Program-made: the position numbers and the translations under genes | The notes under the pieces: model-generated | What the model was told of the DNA's origin: nothing | Seen by the model: the letters and a program-made list of their open reading frames with translations, nothing else | Databases searched by the model: none | In this document: piece by piece, positions 19,601 to 29,435 of the stretch | Numbering within the stretch: the first letter of the stretch is position 1 | Layout: each line of letters begins with the position of its first letter | Source of the DNA: an uncultured Spirochaetota bacterium | GTDB lineage: Bacteria; Spirochaetota; Spirochaetia; SZUA-6; Fen-1364 | Direction: 5' to 3' | Assembly (NCBI GenBank): GCA_963845535.1 | Contig: CAWJSK010000017.1 | Coordinates: forward strand, 1-64,000 | DNA: 64,000 bases

Positions 19601-22523
19601 TTCCTATTCGATCTCCTTGAAAGCGATTGACGCCTCGGGCAGGACCGCCGTTACGACGCTGGGCTTGTACGTGACAGGGTCTGATTGGGTCCGCTGGTAC
19701 TCAGAAGGGGCTGATGACATCACCCTTGTCCCGGACAAGAACCTGTACGCCGCCGGCGACACGGCGCACCTCCTGATGCAGTCTCCCATTCCTGCGGGAA
19801 CCTACCTTCTGACAATCGAACGGGAGGGAATCCTTGATGAGAAAGTCCTGACCGTGAAAGGCTCCACCCAGGTCATTGATGTCCCCATCAAGGAGGAGTA
19901 CCTGCCCATCGTCTATGTCGCGTTGAGCTCGTATTCGGTACGACACGGACCACCCACGAACACGTACGCGACAAAGGACCTGGACAAGCCCAAGGGCCTG
20001 TTCGGCGTCGTGGCGCTTCCGGTGGAGTCCCGCCTCAAGAGGATAGACCTGGAGGTTGTCCCTTCCAAGCCCATCTACCGGCCGGGAACGGACGCGGAAA
20101 TCCTCATTCGGGCAAAGAACAAGGACATGCCCCTTGCCGGCGCCGAAATCACCTTCATGGTGGTGGACCGCGGGGTGGTGGACCTGGTGGACTACCACGT
20201 GCCTGACCCCGTGGCGTTCTTCTACAATCCCGACAAGTTCCCCCTGGCCGTCTACGGAGCAGATTCGCGCTCCCTGCTCATTGATCCCGTGACCTATCAG
20301 GTGAAAGACCTGCACGGCGGAGACGCGGAGGACAGCAAGATCCCTGAAAGAAAGGACTTCCGGCCGACGGCGTATTTCCAGCCCTCCCTCATCACGGACG
20401 CCAACGGGGAGGTGCACGTCCGCTTCAAGCTGCCGGATTCACTGACCACGTTCCGCTGCACGGCGCTTGCGGTGAAAGGGGACCTCCTGGGCATATCAGA
20501 GCAAGACCTGAAAGTGCAGAACCCCATCAACGTCAAGACGTTCCTGCCGCGCACAATGCGCGTGCGGGATACGGCGCAAAGCGGGGTCATCGTGACCAAC
20601 CTCGGCGAGACCAGCCAGAAGGTCACCATCAAATGCACATCGGATATCCTCACCGTGGCAGGGGACAGCGCAAAAACCGTCACCATCCCGGCCCAGTCAA
20701 CGGTCAGCGTCCCTTTTGATCTTGCCGCTGAAAAGGAAGGCACGGGCCAGATCGTCTTCACGCTCAGCTCGGCGCCGCTCACCGAGCGGCTGCGGGAGAG
20801 CTTCGAGGTGGAGCAGCCGTCGGTCTTCGAGAGCGTGGCCACAATCGGGAAGGTACTGAGCTCAAAGCCGCCCGAGGGGATGGTTCAGAGCCTGCTGGAC
20901 AAGGTCCTGAAGCGGGCGCCTGCCAACACTGCCCCCGACGTGCAGGAGGAGGGAATCGTCCTCCCCTCCGCAACGCCGGACGGCACGGGGCAGGTGAAGG
21001 TCACGCTGGATTCCACGCGGGTGTCCACCTTGAATGACGCGTTCTGGTACGTGTTCAATTACCCGTACGGATGCCTGGAGCAGATTTCATCACGGCTTCT
21101 TCCGCTGGTGGCTTTCGGCAAGTACATCTCCGCGTACGGCATCCAGTCCCGCGTTGTCGACGTCCAGAAGACCGTCCAAGAAAGCCTGAGCTACCTTGCC
21201 GGCTACCAACTTCCCGGCGGTGGTTTCCCGATGTGGCCGGATCAGACGGTGCCGAGCTACTACGTCTCTCTCCGCGTTGCGCACATCTTCTTCCTTGCGC
21301 GTGAAAACAACTACCGCGCGCCGGCGCTGAACGAGGACGCTCTCTTTTCCTACCTGGACAAGCAGGCCGGGCAGCTTGCTGGGGACGACTACCTGCAGGC
21401 CTACCGGGTGTACGTGGAGGCCCTGTACCGCCGCGTCAACATCTCCCAAGTGGATGCCATGCTTCGCGCCAACCACGAGCTGGGGCTTTCCGCGTACGGG
21501 ATGGCGGGCCTTGCCTACGCGGCTCTTGGCGACAGGGGGAAGGCTGCTTCCATGCTCCAGCGGATGAAGGGTTACGTGCGCCCCAACACGCGCTCTCTGG
21601 ACATCACCGAGCCGTCTCACGAGAAGAGATGGTACGACTGGGATTCCGACATCACCTCCCTCAGTCTTTTCCTGATGCTCTCCCAGAAGCTGGACCCCCG
21701 CAGCGACATGATCCAGCGCGCCATCAACACTCTCTACGGCATGCAGACCGCCGGCTATTGGCACAACACGGTGGACACGAACTGGGCCCTGCAAGCCCTG
21801 GCAGAAGTCATCCGCTCGGAGGAATCAGAACGGCCTGACTTCCAGGCCCATGTGCTCCTGGGGGGCAAGACGATGTTCGACAAGCACCTCACCGGGGCAA
21901 AGGCCAACAACCAGGTCCTGACGTGGGGGCTCTTCTCCTCTGAGCTCAAAGGCATGCCGCGGGACACCATCCTGCCGCTGCGCTTCGAGAAGACGGGACC
22001 GGGGACGCTGTACTACTCAGCGGAGCTGCGCTACGCCATCCCCGCGGAGCTTGCCGTGGCAAGGGATGAAGGCATCAGCGTGTACACGGAGATCCAGACC
22101 ATGGACGGAGATTTTGTCGGGGACCAGCCGCTGGAGGTAGGGCAGGTGTACCACATGAAAGCTTTCATCTCCACGCCGAAGAAGCGCACCCAGGTGGCTG
22201 TCCGCCTCCCCATACCGTCAGGCTGCGAAGCGCTGGATGCAAACCTGGCCACGTCCGGGACATACGGAATGGACCAGCAGCAGGCCGGCTCCGCCACGGA
22301 ATGGGACGAGGATACGGCGCCCACCTACCGCGAGGTCCTGGACAACGAGGTGCGGTTCTTCATCCCGCAGATCTACGGCGGGCGGACGGAAGTGGACTTC
22401 CTTTTCCGCGCGGTCATTCCCGGCGTCTACCCGACGCCTCCGGCCACCGCGGAGCAGATGTACGAGCCCGAGGTGTTCGGACGGGACATCGGCAGGCTGG
22501 TGGTGATCACAAAGGCGCAATGA
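16671..22523 (+). CDS. Bacterial alpha-2-macroglobulin family protein
   Basis: 1950 aa, signal peptide, FLFSDRRIYRPGE (MG2), FKLPDSLTTFR, thioester YPYGCLEQ, YPTPPATAEQMYEPE. Confidence 0.95.
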   Translation: MKIRFEILVLVAAAGVLSAAYAWGQQGADSSASTAALSTSPADQAAQAAPNPAFAGSRIKYYAPVTRDALPASGAVGGPAVIQETNDPFVITDFAPQDEVPAEMTALTVYVVFSQPVVPLAKLGSVMQTSTIMRIAPSLKGVYRWYGTRMLAFEPVDRLEPLREYTVTVDPGLTSLGGKKLTGNTTFTFHSEYLRLLSIGFPDGRDPTQEVPPSVSQSIVVTFSAAVDPQTIGRSIEVRTDSASFPFTISRPDNPGPGQTADDLARMVVLRLKQLPPENAVVSVILKKGAIAKPGLFPVIWDQNIDFRTLTPFRFKDAERYSWGFPGGTGGDSNPVYLVFSHPVKKENLASRIRITPAIPVAESNLEFWNTTVKLNNLPFQFDTKYHVTLDPAIEDVYGRKLGQSASNELDLDIGNPFRYAYFPNEGVGMLESQFPKKFVWESQDLKEGSWGIGRIDDPYDFSMPLSPVDFSKFPVHTKHFEVVDFSRFLNSSGKGWIGAQWKLQEFRNRVEHPEEHSLSLQVTDLGLTVRYGYNKVVCLVSQLSTGAVVSGAKVTLNDSTKDIRSAFTDQTGVAVFDFPPGELIREFLARFTNRNDEKHLRIRVESADDRILFEPNFSHNSWHNGVWVTGIDDVEAPHAEVFLFSDRRIYRPGETITFRGIDRTLQLGRYSSYQGGYTLRLRQTDSREPALTVSDDTSASGGLWGTFTLPDTIKAGEYFMEYSHAGQPEKILQREPVTVSYFRRLLFTASLASPDRAFFLGDALSFGLKAEYLSGGAVGGAAYQGYWTKEPAYFQPNGSRWDSYIFGPTGDWEISDTRTTLSTVTGSLSSLGQAQVQQATTKEGILGQAYAYRLQLNVTDTASSQLVGVVHGVLVHPADFYIGGKLSPGGRRYGLVEKKQPVTLDVALVRPDGRVYTPDQEVQVDVHRIEWKLAQQQGVEDMVNTRWQRIETPVSSATVDCANGAAQWKFTPDATGSYSISLKAIDASGRTAVTTLGLYVTGSDWVRWYSEGADDITLVPDKNLYAAGDTAHLLMQSPIPAGTYLLTIEREGILDEKVLTVKGSTQVIDVPIKEEYLPIVYVALSSYSVRHGPPTNTYATKDLDKPKGLFGVVALPVESRLKRIDLEVVPSKPIYRPGTDAEILIRAKNKDMPLAGAEITFMVVDRGVVDLVDYHVPDPVAFFYNPDKFPLAVYGADSRSLLIDPVTYQVKDLHGGDAEDSKIPERKDFRPTAYFQPSLITDANGEVHVRFKLPDSLTTFRCTALAVKGDLLGISEQDLKVQNPINVKTFLPRTMRVRDTAQSGVIVTNLGETSQKVTIKCTSDILTVAGDSAKTVTIPAQSTVSVPFDLAAEKEGTGQIVFTLSSAPLTERLRESFEVEQPSVFESVATIGKVLSSKPPEGMVQSLLDKVLKRAPANTAPDVQEEGIVLPSATPDGTGQVKVTLDSTRVSTLNDAFWYVFNYPYGCLEQISSRLLPLVAFGKYISAYGIQSRVVDVQKTVQESLSYLAGYQLPGGGFPMWPDQTVPSYYVSLRVAHIFFLARENNYRAPALNEDALFSYLDKQAGQLAGDDYLQAYRVYVEALYRRVNISQVDAMLRANHELGLSAYGMAGLAYAALGDRGKAASMLQRMKGYVRPNTRSLDITEPSHEKRWYDWDSDITSLSLFLMLSQKLDPRSDMIQRAINTLYGMQTAGYWHNTVDTNWALQALAEVIRSEESERPDFQAHVLLGGKTMFDKHLTGAKANNQVLTWGLFSSELKGMPRDTILPLRFEKTGPGTLYYSAELRYAIPAELAVARDEGISVYTEIQTMDGDFVGDQPLEVGQVYHMKAFISTPKKRTQVAVRLPIPSGCEALDANLATSGTYGMDQQQAGSATEWDEDTAPTYREVLDNEVRFFIPQIYGGRTEVDFLFRAVIPGVYPTPPATAEQMYEPEVFGRDIGRLVVITKAQ

Positions 22524-24845
22524 AAGATCGATCAAGGCGATGGCTGCTGGCCCTTGCCGCGGCCATCGGCTGCGTCCTTTTCCTCAAGCTCCTCCTGGCG
22601 CTCTGGCCGTATCCCGAGCTGGCTGCTTTTGAGAAGGAGGCTTCCAGCACGAGGTTCCTGGACCGAAACGGAGAGCTGCTGGACATCATGCCGTTGGACA
22701 ACGGTCTGATGCGGGAGCTCACGCCCCTGAGGCAGATCCCAGGCATGATCCAGGATGCGTTCCTGGCTGCAGAGGACCGGAGATTCTACTGGCACCCGGG
22801 CGTGGATCCGCTTGCCGTTGCCCGCGCGTTCATCCAGAACCAAAGAGGAGGAAGGACGGTCTCCGGCGCATCCACAATCACCATGCAGTTGGCGCGCATG
22901 ATCAAGCGCCGCGGTGACGGATGGCAGGGAAAAGCAGGGGAGGTATGGGATGCTCTCCGCCTGGAAGCGCGTCTTCCGAAAAAGCGCATTCTCGAGCTGT
23001 ACCTCAACCATGTCCCGTTCAGCTTCCAGGCGGAGGGGGTGGCATCGGCGGCGCGGCTTTTCTTCGGCCGGTCCATCCATGACCTGCGGCCCGAGGAGGC
23101 GGTGCTCCTGACCGTCATCCCGCGGCGGCCCGCCCTGTACAACCCGATCGACCACAGGGAGGAATCCGTGCATGCGGCGTTCGCGCTTGCCCGGTCCGCG
23201 GGCCTGGGCAGGCGGTGGGGTCTTCCCGCGACGGAAGCGGAGTTCTCCCAGCGCGTGCGGATTTCCAGCGGCTGGGGTGACACGTCGCAGGCTCCGCACT
23301 TCATTCGCTTTCTCCTGGAGAGCCGTCCCGAGCTGCGCGGCAGGGCGGAGGTGAAGACGACAATCGACCTGCGCCTGCAGAAAGAGCTGCTTGCCGAGAT
23401 CCGCAGCCAGGTGTGGGGATACGCGCAGCAGCGCATGACAACGGGCGCGGGCGTCATCTTCGACAATCACACGGGAGACGTCCTGGCGTACGTTGGCTCG
23501 GCTGACTGGGCTGATGAATCATCCGGCGGCCAGAATGACGGAGTGCAGGCCACAAACCAGCCAGGGTCATGCCTGAAGCCGTTCCTGTACGCAATGGCGC
23601 TGGACCGCGGTTTCACGCCGAACATGGTGCTCCCCGACATCCCGCAGGACTTCGGAGAGGCGGAGGTCTACGTGCCCATGAACTTCAACAGGAGGTTCAG
23701 CGGCCCGGTCCGCCTGCGCGTGGCCCTCGCATCAAGCCTGAACGTCCCCGCGGTCTATACGCTGCAGCGCCTGGGTGTGCAGGCTTTTGCCGACTACCTG
23801 GTCAACCTCGGGTTCAATTCCCTGGAAAGCCAGCGGGAGCGCCTGGGAGTCGGGCTGGCTCTGGGAAATGCAGAGGTGTCCCTTTTTGAGCTGGCCCGCG
23901 CTTTTTCTGTTTTCTCCCGGGGCGGCATCCCAATGGGCGTGCGCATGGCGCAGTCAGACCCCGCCTCCCCCGGTTCAGCGCGTGTCATGAGCCCGTACAC
24001 CGCCGCGGAGATATGCCGCATCCTGTCCGATCAGCCAAGCCGGTTCCTGGGGTTCGGCTCCGCGCGGGCCATGAACACCCCTTTTGCCGCCATGTTCAAG
24101 ACGGGCACGGCCAACCAGTTCCAGCACGTCTGGGCCCTGGGGGCCACTCCCGACTACACCATGGGCGTGTGGATGGGGAACTTTGCCGGAGAGACGATCA
24201 TCGGCAGGACGGGAAGCGGCATCCCAGCCCGGGTGGTCGCGGACATCCTGGCTGACATAGCGGTGCCGGGCTCGGCATTCCCCGTGCCGCCGGACAGCAA
24301 GCGCGTCATGGTGTGCTCTCTTTCCGGCGGCTTGTCGGACGGCGCGTGCCCTTCCGTGGTGGAGGAGTTCGTCCCGGTCGGGGTCACCGTGCCGGTGTGC
24401 ACCTACCATCACCGGACCGCGGCCGGGATCCAGACGGCCTATCCTCCGGAATACGCTGATTGGCTGCGCGCAAGCCGCAAGACCGGCATGGTGCAAGTGG
24501 ATCCGGAGGAAGGGCTCGAGATAACGCAGCCCGCGAATGGCGCCGTGTATTTCCTTGACCCGTCCATCCCGCGGAGCCAGCAAGGCATTGGCCTGCGGAC
24601 GGCGGGTCGACCGGAGGAGTCGCTGTCGGTCTGGTTGAACGGAAGCCCGCTGGCGCCTCTCCCCCGTGACGGAACCCTGGTGCTTCCCATGGCTCGGGGG
24701 AACTACACGGTGGAGATTCGAAGCGGCGCGCCCGGCGGCGGCTTTGCAAGCGGCCCCGGGCAGCGCCCCCGCACGCGGCTCCGCAAGCGCCCTCGGAAGC
24801 GGCCCCGGCCGGGTCTGGGATTCCGTGCACTACGAGGTCCACTGA
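22520..24845 (+). CDS. pbpC: Penicillin-binding protein 1C (one extra G near 24758-24760 shifts the last ~28 codons)
   Basis: EDRRFYWHPGVD and GASTITMQLAR transglycosylase motifs; SCLK/SLN/KTG transpeptidase motifs; ATGA coupling to A2M; natural end VWDSVHYEVH* lies in +1 frame. Confidence 0.92.
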
Positions 24846-24957
24846 GATGCTCCTCAGAACAACGCGGGCTCACAATGCGGGCTCACTTGCAACGGGGGGC
24901 TGGCTCGGGCTCTGATCCAGTGTATAAACGTTCCAACCAACAATGTGAGGTAGAGAA

Positions 24958-25491
24958 ATGCATGCACCGCGCTGGTTCTTTCTCGTCATCGCAGCCTTGA
25001 TCGTTGCCCAATCCGTTTCGGCGGAGACCCGAAAATCTCCCGTAACGGTGCCGGATGGAACCAAAGTCCAGGCTATCAAGTTGGAGGGCAATGACGCGGA
25101 GGTGACCCTGAGCCAGGAAGAGCAGGTTGCCTTCCTGTTCCTCTATGGCATCTGGAACCTGGAATCGAGGTGTCTGGACAAGGACAACGGCATCGGGCGG
25201 CTTGCGACTCTTGGGGAGCTCGTCAAGGGCGTCAAGACTCCCGGCGGTGAGACTTTCGGGCTATCCATCAACCCGGTCAAGGACACAAACTACTCCTATG
25301 ACCTGATGCTCGTAGGAAGCGATGTCGTGATCCGCGCCAACCCGCGCGCCCGAGGACTCGGCGGGTTTGCGTTGGTAGGCTCGCCGAATCGGATCATGGG
25401 CAACTTCTACTACAATTCCAAGGGTGGGGACTTCACCAAGGCCATCAAGCTCAGCGAAATGGGCTACGGAGGGGACGGCTTCGTCCGCTGA
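24958..25491 (+). CDS. Secreted hypothetical protein
   Basis: Signal peptide (VSA-E), coding-like codon usage, no recognised family. Confidence 0.75.
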   Translation: MHAPRWFFLVIAALIVAQSVSAETRKSPVTVPDGTKVQAIKLEGNDAEVTLSQEEQVAFLFLYGIWNLESRCLDKDNGIGRLATLGELVKGVKTPGGETFGLSINPVKDTNYSYDLMLVGSDVVIRANPRARGLGGFALVGSPNRIMGNFYYNSKGGDFTKAIKLSEMGYGGDGFVR

Positions 25492-25644
25492 GCCTGAATC
25501 CTGACGGGGTCCACGCTGTTCCCCGTACAGCAGAATTGCGACAGTGGCCGCAACGTCAGGCCTGCAATGCAGATTGCAGAAGCATGAGGAAAATTGCAGC
25601 CGGAAGAACTCAGGAAAAATCGCGTAATCACAAAGGGGGAGCTC

Positions 25645-28572
25645 ATGGCTGAAGAACTTTATACTTCGGGGAAGCTTGCGGAGACGCTCGGGATATCCCC
25701 TGGGAAAGTAAAAGAGCTCATCGAAGACCTCAAAATCAAAGAAGACTCGGTAAAGGGCGTCTGCAAGCACCATGGAGCGGCAGCTCTGAAAAAGCTGAAA
25801 GCTGCCTCCAAGTATCGCGCCTCTGTAGTATTCCTTGGTGCCTGTCTGCTCGTCTCGTGCGGGAAACAACCCCCGGCAACAGCGCCGGCGCAGGCCACGG
25901 CCCCTGCAAGCACGACATCCTCCCCGAACAGCATGGAGTCGACTCCAACGTCGTCGAGCGTTTCCGCTGCGCAGCCCGTCCTGGTAAGCCTGAACACTGG
26001 CAGCTTTCTGGACTTGAAAGTCGACACAAGACCGTTCCATACTGACGCCCACCGCAAATACCTCTCGGACCCAATGAAGTTCTCTCCAATCCCCGATCAG
26101 GGAGTGCCGGAAGGAAGCACTGCCGTCGTGGGCAGCAAGGTATGCATGTTCTATCCCAATGCATCCGTTGCCAGCTCGGATGATCTTGCAAATCTGCCGC
26201 CCGGGATACCGGTGCCTTTTGCCACCATTCTCCCCATCACGGGAGAGAAAATTGAAGATGCCCACAGCGATCACGGAGGGATGTTCTCCTTCCAGGACAA
26301 CTGGAACTGGTTCTATCCAACGAAGTTCCAGGGCAAGGAGGGGCTGGTCTTCGGCGCAGACCTCTACGGTTTGGCTGATTCCAATCAGGACAACCGCATT
26401 TCCGCGTTGCTGTACCAGACCGGCGGGCGCTTCAGCGCGTTCTACCCTATCCTTGGCTACCGGCCTCTCTCCGCCAGCATCACTTCCCGCCTGGAGAGGG
26501 ACAAGCTGGCGTTCCAGTCGGTTCTTCCGTCGGAGTACCATTTGTGGAGTGACCGGCCTGATGACATGATTTCCCTCTATCTCAACCACCGGGCAAGCGA
26601 CTACAGCACGGATTGGAACCGCAAGAGCCCGGTGTTCGTTACCACGGACCTTGCCGCGCACGCCCAACACCTCATGTTCGACCGCTTGCTGCAGTACCTG
26701 GAAGAGCAATACTTCCTGCCCAGGCTCAAGGCACTGTGCGCGGGGTTCGTGGAGAAGCTGAAGGCGCAGGAATCCCAGGCAGACGTGTATCGCGAAACAA
26801 GTGACAAGGCAGTGCTGTATTTCCAGGTGGCGCAGGCGCTGCTGGACCTTGCGCCGGACCTGGTTGAAGGCCAGGACCAGGAAGGCCGCACCACCCAGAC
26901 CTACCAGGGCAAGGATGAGTCTACCGTGCTGGCTTCCTACCCGGATGCCGTGCGCGCCGAGATTGCCCATATCGACGCGGCGAACGGTTTCAACCAGTCA
27001 ACGGTGTTTACCTTCAAGGACGGCACGGCCATGCAGGAGGACTACTCCCAATACAAGCCGCGCGGCCATTACACGAAAAACGGCGCGCTCTCCGCGTATT
27101 TCCGCGCAATGATGTGGTTCGGCCGGATTCACTTCCTTATTGCACAAGGCGGTGCCGCGCCGCTTCCCTCTGGATCCGAAAAGTCATCAGGCGCCGCGGC
27201 TCTCACTTTGGCCATGGAGCCCATCGCGCTCCTGATCACGGACACGGTCAGGAACAACCCGGATCTCTACGCCTCCTGGAGCGCGCTCTTTGATCCCATC
27301 ACCGCGCTCATCGGGCTTTCCGATGATCTGAGCTTCGAGGATGTGCTCCCGCTGTGGAAGGACCAGGGCGTCAAAGATTTCGGGGCATGGGCCGCCAGCA
27401 AGGAGAACCTGCTGCGCTTCATGAAGCTCGCCAATGACAAGCTGCGGCCGCCGGCCATTTCCGGCAGCTCGGTGTTCTGGGGCCCGAGCACGGGCCCGGA
27501 CCGCAAGCCCCCCATGGGCTGGAGGTTGTTCGGGCAGAGATTTACATACGACTCGGCAATTCATCAGCAGGTCTCTCCGCCCCGCTTGATGAGCCGCGAC
27601 ATGGTGCGCGGCCTGGATATCATGAAGGTCTTCGGTTCACGGACCGCCGACGCGCTCTTGCAAAGGTCCGATTATCCCCGCATGCAAGGCCTTGCTGACA
27701 CGCTTGGCGTTCTCCAGAAGACCTTCGATTCGTTTGACCAGAGCTTCTGGCAGAAGACGTACTACAACTCCGTTCTCTACGAAGTGAAGGCCCAGGCGCA
27801 ATTCGAGCCCGGGGCGGGCTTCTATTTCACGGAAACGCCGGCCTGGGGCACAAAGGCCATGCTTGCCGCGCATGGAACGTGGTCCGAGCTGCGTCATGAC
27901 ACCATCCTGTACGTGAAGCAGAGCTACGCCGAACGGGCCGGTGATGGAGATTATGAGCCCACATTCCGGACTCTGCCCATCCCGGATCCGGTCCACTACC
28001 TCGAGCCGGATGTTCCTTTCTGGCAGGGATCAGTCCTTGCGGTCCAGAACCTCATGAAAACGCTTGACTCCTTCAAGCTGCTGGACGAAGAGAGCGCGGC
28101 CGGCCTGGGCCGCCTGCAGGGCGTGCTCTTGAACGCCCTGGACATCGCGACCGCGGAGGCGCAGGACAAGCCGTTGTCCGCCCAAGATATTGCCTGGATC
28201 CCCACCATCCCGGCCGAGCTTGCGCGCGTCGTTCTTCTGCACGCCGGAAGCGGCGGCCAGATGGATCCCGAACAGCTCAAGATGGCCGTCATTGCGGACG
28301 TCTACACGAACGCCGAGCTGCGGCAGGTGCTTGAAACCGCCGTCGGGATTCCCTGTCGCATCTATGTTGCCTTGAACGACGGCCAGGGAGGGAAGCGGAT
28401 CGCCGTGGGCTATTCGTTCAGTTATTATGAGTTCGGACACCCGATGTCGGATCGCATGACGGACGAGCAGTGGAAAGCGATCGCCTATGACCCGTCAGCA
28501 AAGCTGGACGACTACCAGCCCTTCTGGACAAAAGGGATATTCCTGGACCCTGAGCCTGAAGCCACAAAGTGA
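25645..28572 (+). CDS. DUF3160 domain lipoprotein with N-terminal small HTH-like extension
   Basis: EDYSQYKPRGHYT, YFRAMMWFGR, FGQRFTYDS and WSELRHDTILYVKQSY motifs; lipobox LVSC at 25849-25860. Confidence 0.9.
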   Translation: MAEELYTSGKLAETLGISPGKVKELIEDLKIKEDSVKGVCKHHGAAALKKLKAASKYRASVVFLGACLLVSCGKQPPATAPAQATAPASTTSSPNSMESTPTSSSVSAAQPVLVSLNTGSFLDLKVDTRPFHTDAHRKYLSDPMKFSPIPDQGVPEGSTAVVGSKVCMFYPNASVASSDDLANLPPGIPVPFATILPITGEKIEDAHSDHGGMFSFQDNWNWFYPTKFQGKEGLVFGADLYGLADSNQDNRISALLYQTGGRFSAFYPILGYRPLSASITSRLERDKLAFQSVLPSEYHLWSDRPDDMISLYLNHRASDYSTDWNRKSPVFVTTDLAAHAQHLMFDRLLQYLEEQYFLPRLKALCAGFVEKLKAQESQADVYRETSDKAVLYFQVAQALLDLAPDLVEGQDQEGRTTQTYQGKDESTVLASYPDAVRAEIAHIDAANGFNQSTVFTFKDGTAMQEDYSQYKPRGHYTKNGALSAYFRAMMWFGRIHFLIAQGGAAPLPSGSEKSSGAAALTLAMEPIALLITDTVRNNPDLYASWSALFDPITALIGLSDDLSFEDVLPLWKDQGVKDFGAWAASKENLLRFMKLANDKLRPPAISGSSVFWGPSTGPDRKPPMGWRLFGQRFTYDSAIHQQVSPPRLMSRDMVRGLDIMKVFGSRTADALLQRSDYPRMQGLADTLGVLQKTFDSFDQSFWQKTYYNSVLYEVKAQAQFEPGAGFYFTETPAWGTKAMLAAHGTWSELRHDTILYVKQSYAERAGDGDYEPTFRTLPIPDPVHYLEPDVPFWQGSVLAVQNLMKTLDSFKLLDEESAAGLGRLQGVLLNALDIATAEAQDKPLSAQDIAWIPTIPAELARVVLLHAGSGGQMDPEQLKMAVIADVYTNAELRQVLETAVGIPCRIYVALNDGQGGKRIAVGYSFSYYEFGHPMSDRMTDEQWKAIAYDPSAKLDDYQPFWTKGIFLDPEPEATK

Positions 28573-29435
28573 GGCTCTCTCAGCTTGCAGCGCCGCTCGC
28601 AGGCCTTGTTGCCCTGGCTGCAACCGGCTGCGGCCCGTCGACGCCCACCTTCACCACGTGGGCGTCGCTGGGCCAGCGGCCCCCGGTGATGCGCGCCGCG
28701 GCAGAGGAATCCCTTGCACCAGCGGACGCAATCCCCTGGGCAGGAACGGTGAGCCACCATCTTCTGACTGGCACGCTGATTGACCGCTGGTTTGCCGAGC
28801 TGGCCAAACGAAGAAAAGTAGAAGTGTTCTACGTCTTGAGCCCTTCTCACTGGGGTTTGTCGGCGCTCCCGTATTCACTCACGGACGGCTCGTGGCTGGT
28901 GCCGGGAGGCGAGGTCACATCAGACGGCCGGCTGGTTGCCGCGCTTGCGCGGACCCTGCACGTCCCGTTGGAACCTGATGTTTTCGAGGGAGAGCACGGC
29001 GTCTCCACGCTCATGCCGTATGTCGCCCGGTACTTCCCGCAGGCGCGAGTGGTTGCCATGGCCTACCGCGGAGAGCCGCCGCTGGACCAGCCTATGGCGC
29101 AGAGGCTTGTTGATGCCCTGGCGCCAGCTTTTGACTCAACGGGAAAAAAGGAAAACTTCCTGCTCATATCCGCGGACTTCGCCCACCATGGGAGCACAGC
29201 CGGAACGTCAGTGAAGGATACGCGCACGCGCAAGTTCTTCAACAACCCTTCCCTGGAGACCTGGATCTTCGCCGGGTGCGACAACCGGCCCGGGATCTAC
29301 GCGCTTGCCCATCTCCTGGGGCCTGCCACCCGGTGCAGCGTGCTTTATCATACTGACTCTCTACAGCTTTCCGGTCATGATCCGAAGGACATAACCAGCT
29401 ACTTCTTCACTTTCTTCTGGGACCAGGCGCCTTGA
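28569..29435 (+). CDS. MEMO1 family (AmmeMemoRadiSam protein B-like) lipoprotein
   Basis: GTVSHH, LSPSHW, EHG and ISADFAH motifs; lipobox ATGC; GTGA overlap with DUF3160 stop. Confidence 0.85.
   Translation: MRLSQLAAPLAGLVALAATGCGPSTPTFTTWASLGQRPPVMRAAAEESLAPADAIPWAGTVSHHLLTGTLIDRWFAELAKRRKVEVFYVLSPSHWGLSALPYSLTDGSWLVPGGEVTSDGRLVAALARTLHVPLEPDVFEGEHGVSTLMPYVARYFPQARVVAMAYRGEPPLDQPMAQRLVDALAPAFDSTGKKENFLLISADFAHHGSTAGTSVKDTRTRKFFNNPSLETWIFAGCDNRPGIYALAHLLGPATRCSVLYHTDSLQLSGHDPKDITSYFFTFFWDQAP

Noticed and set aside
16671..24845. A2M-pbpC pairing as a new system
   Set aside because: Well-known conserved pair (yfhM-pbpC)
25500..25580. Nested short inverted repeats resembling a tRNA cloverleaf
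   Set aside because: No T-loop (TTCG) or D-loop consensus and no CCA; stems are short
25261..26970. 569-aa minus-strand ORF
   Set aside because: Antisense shadow of the DUF3160 gene
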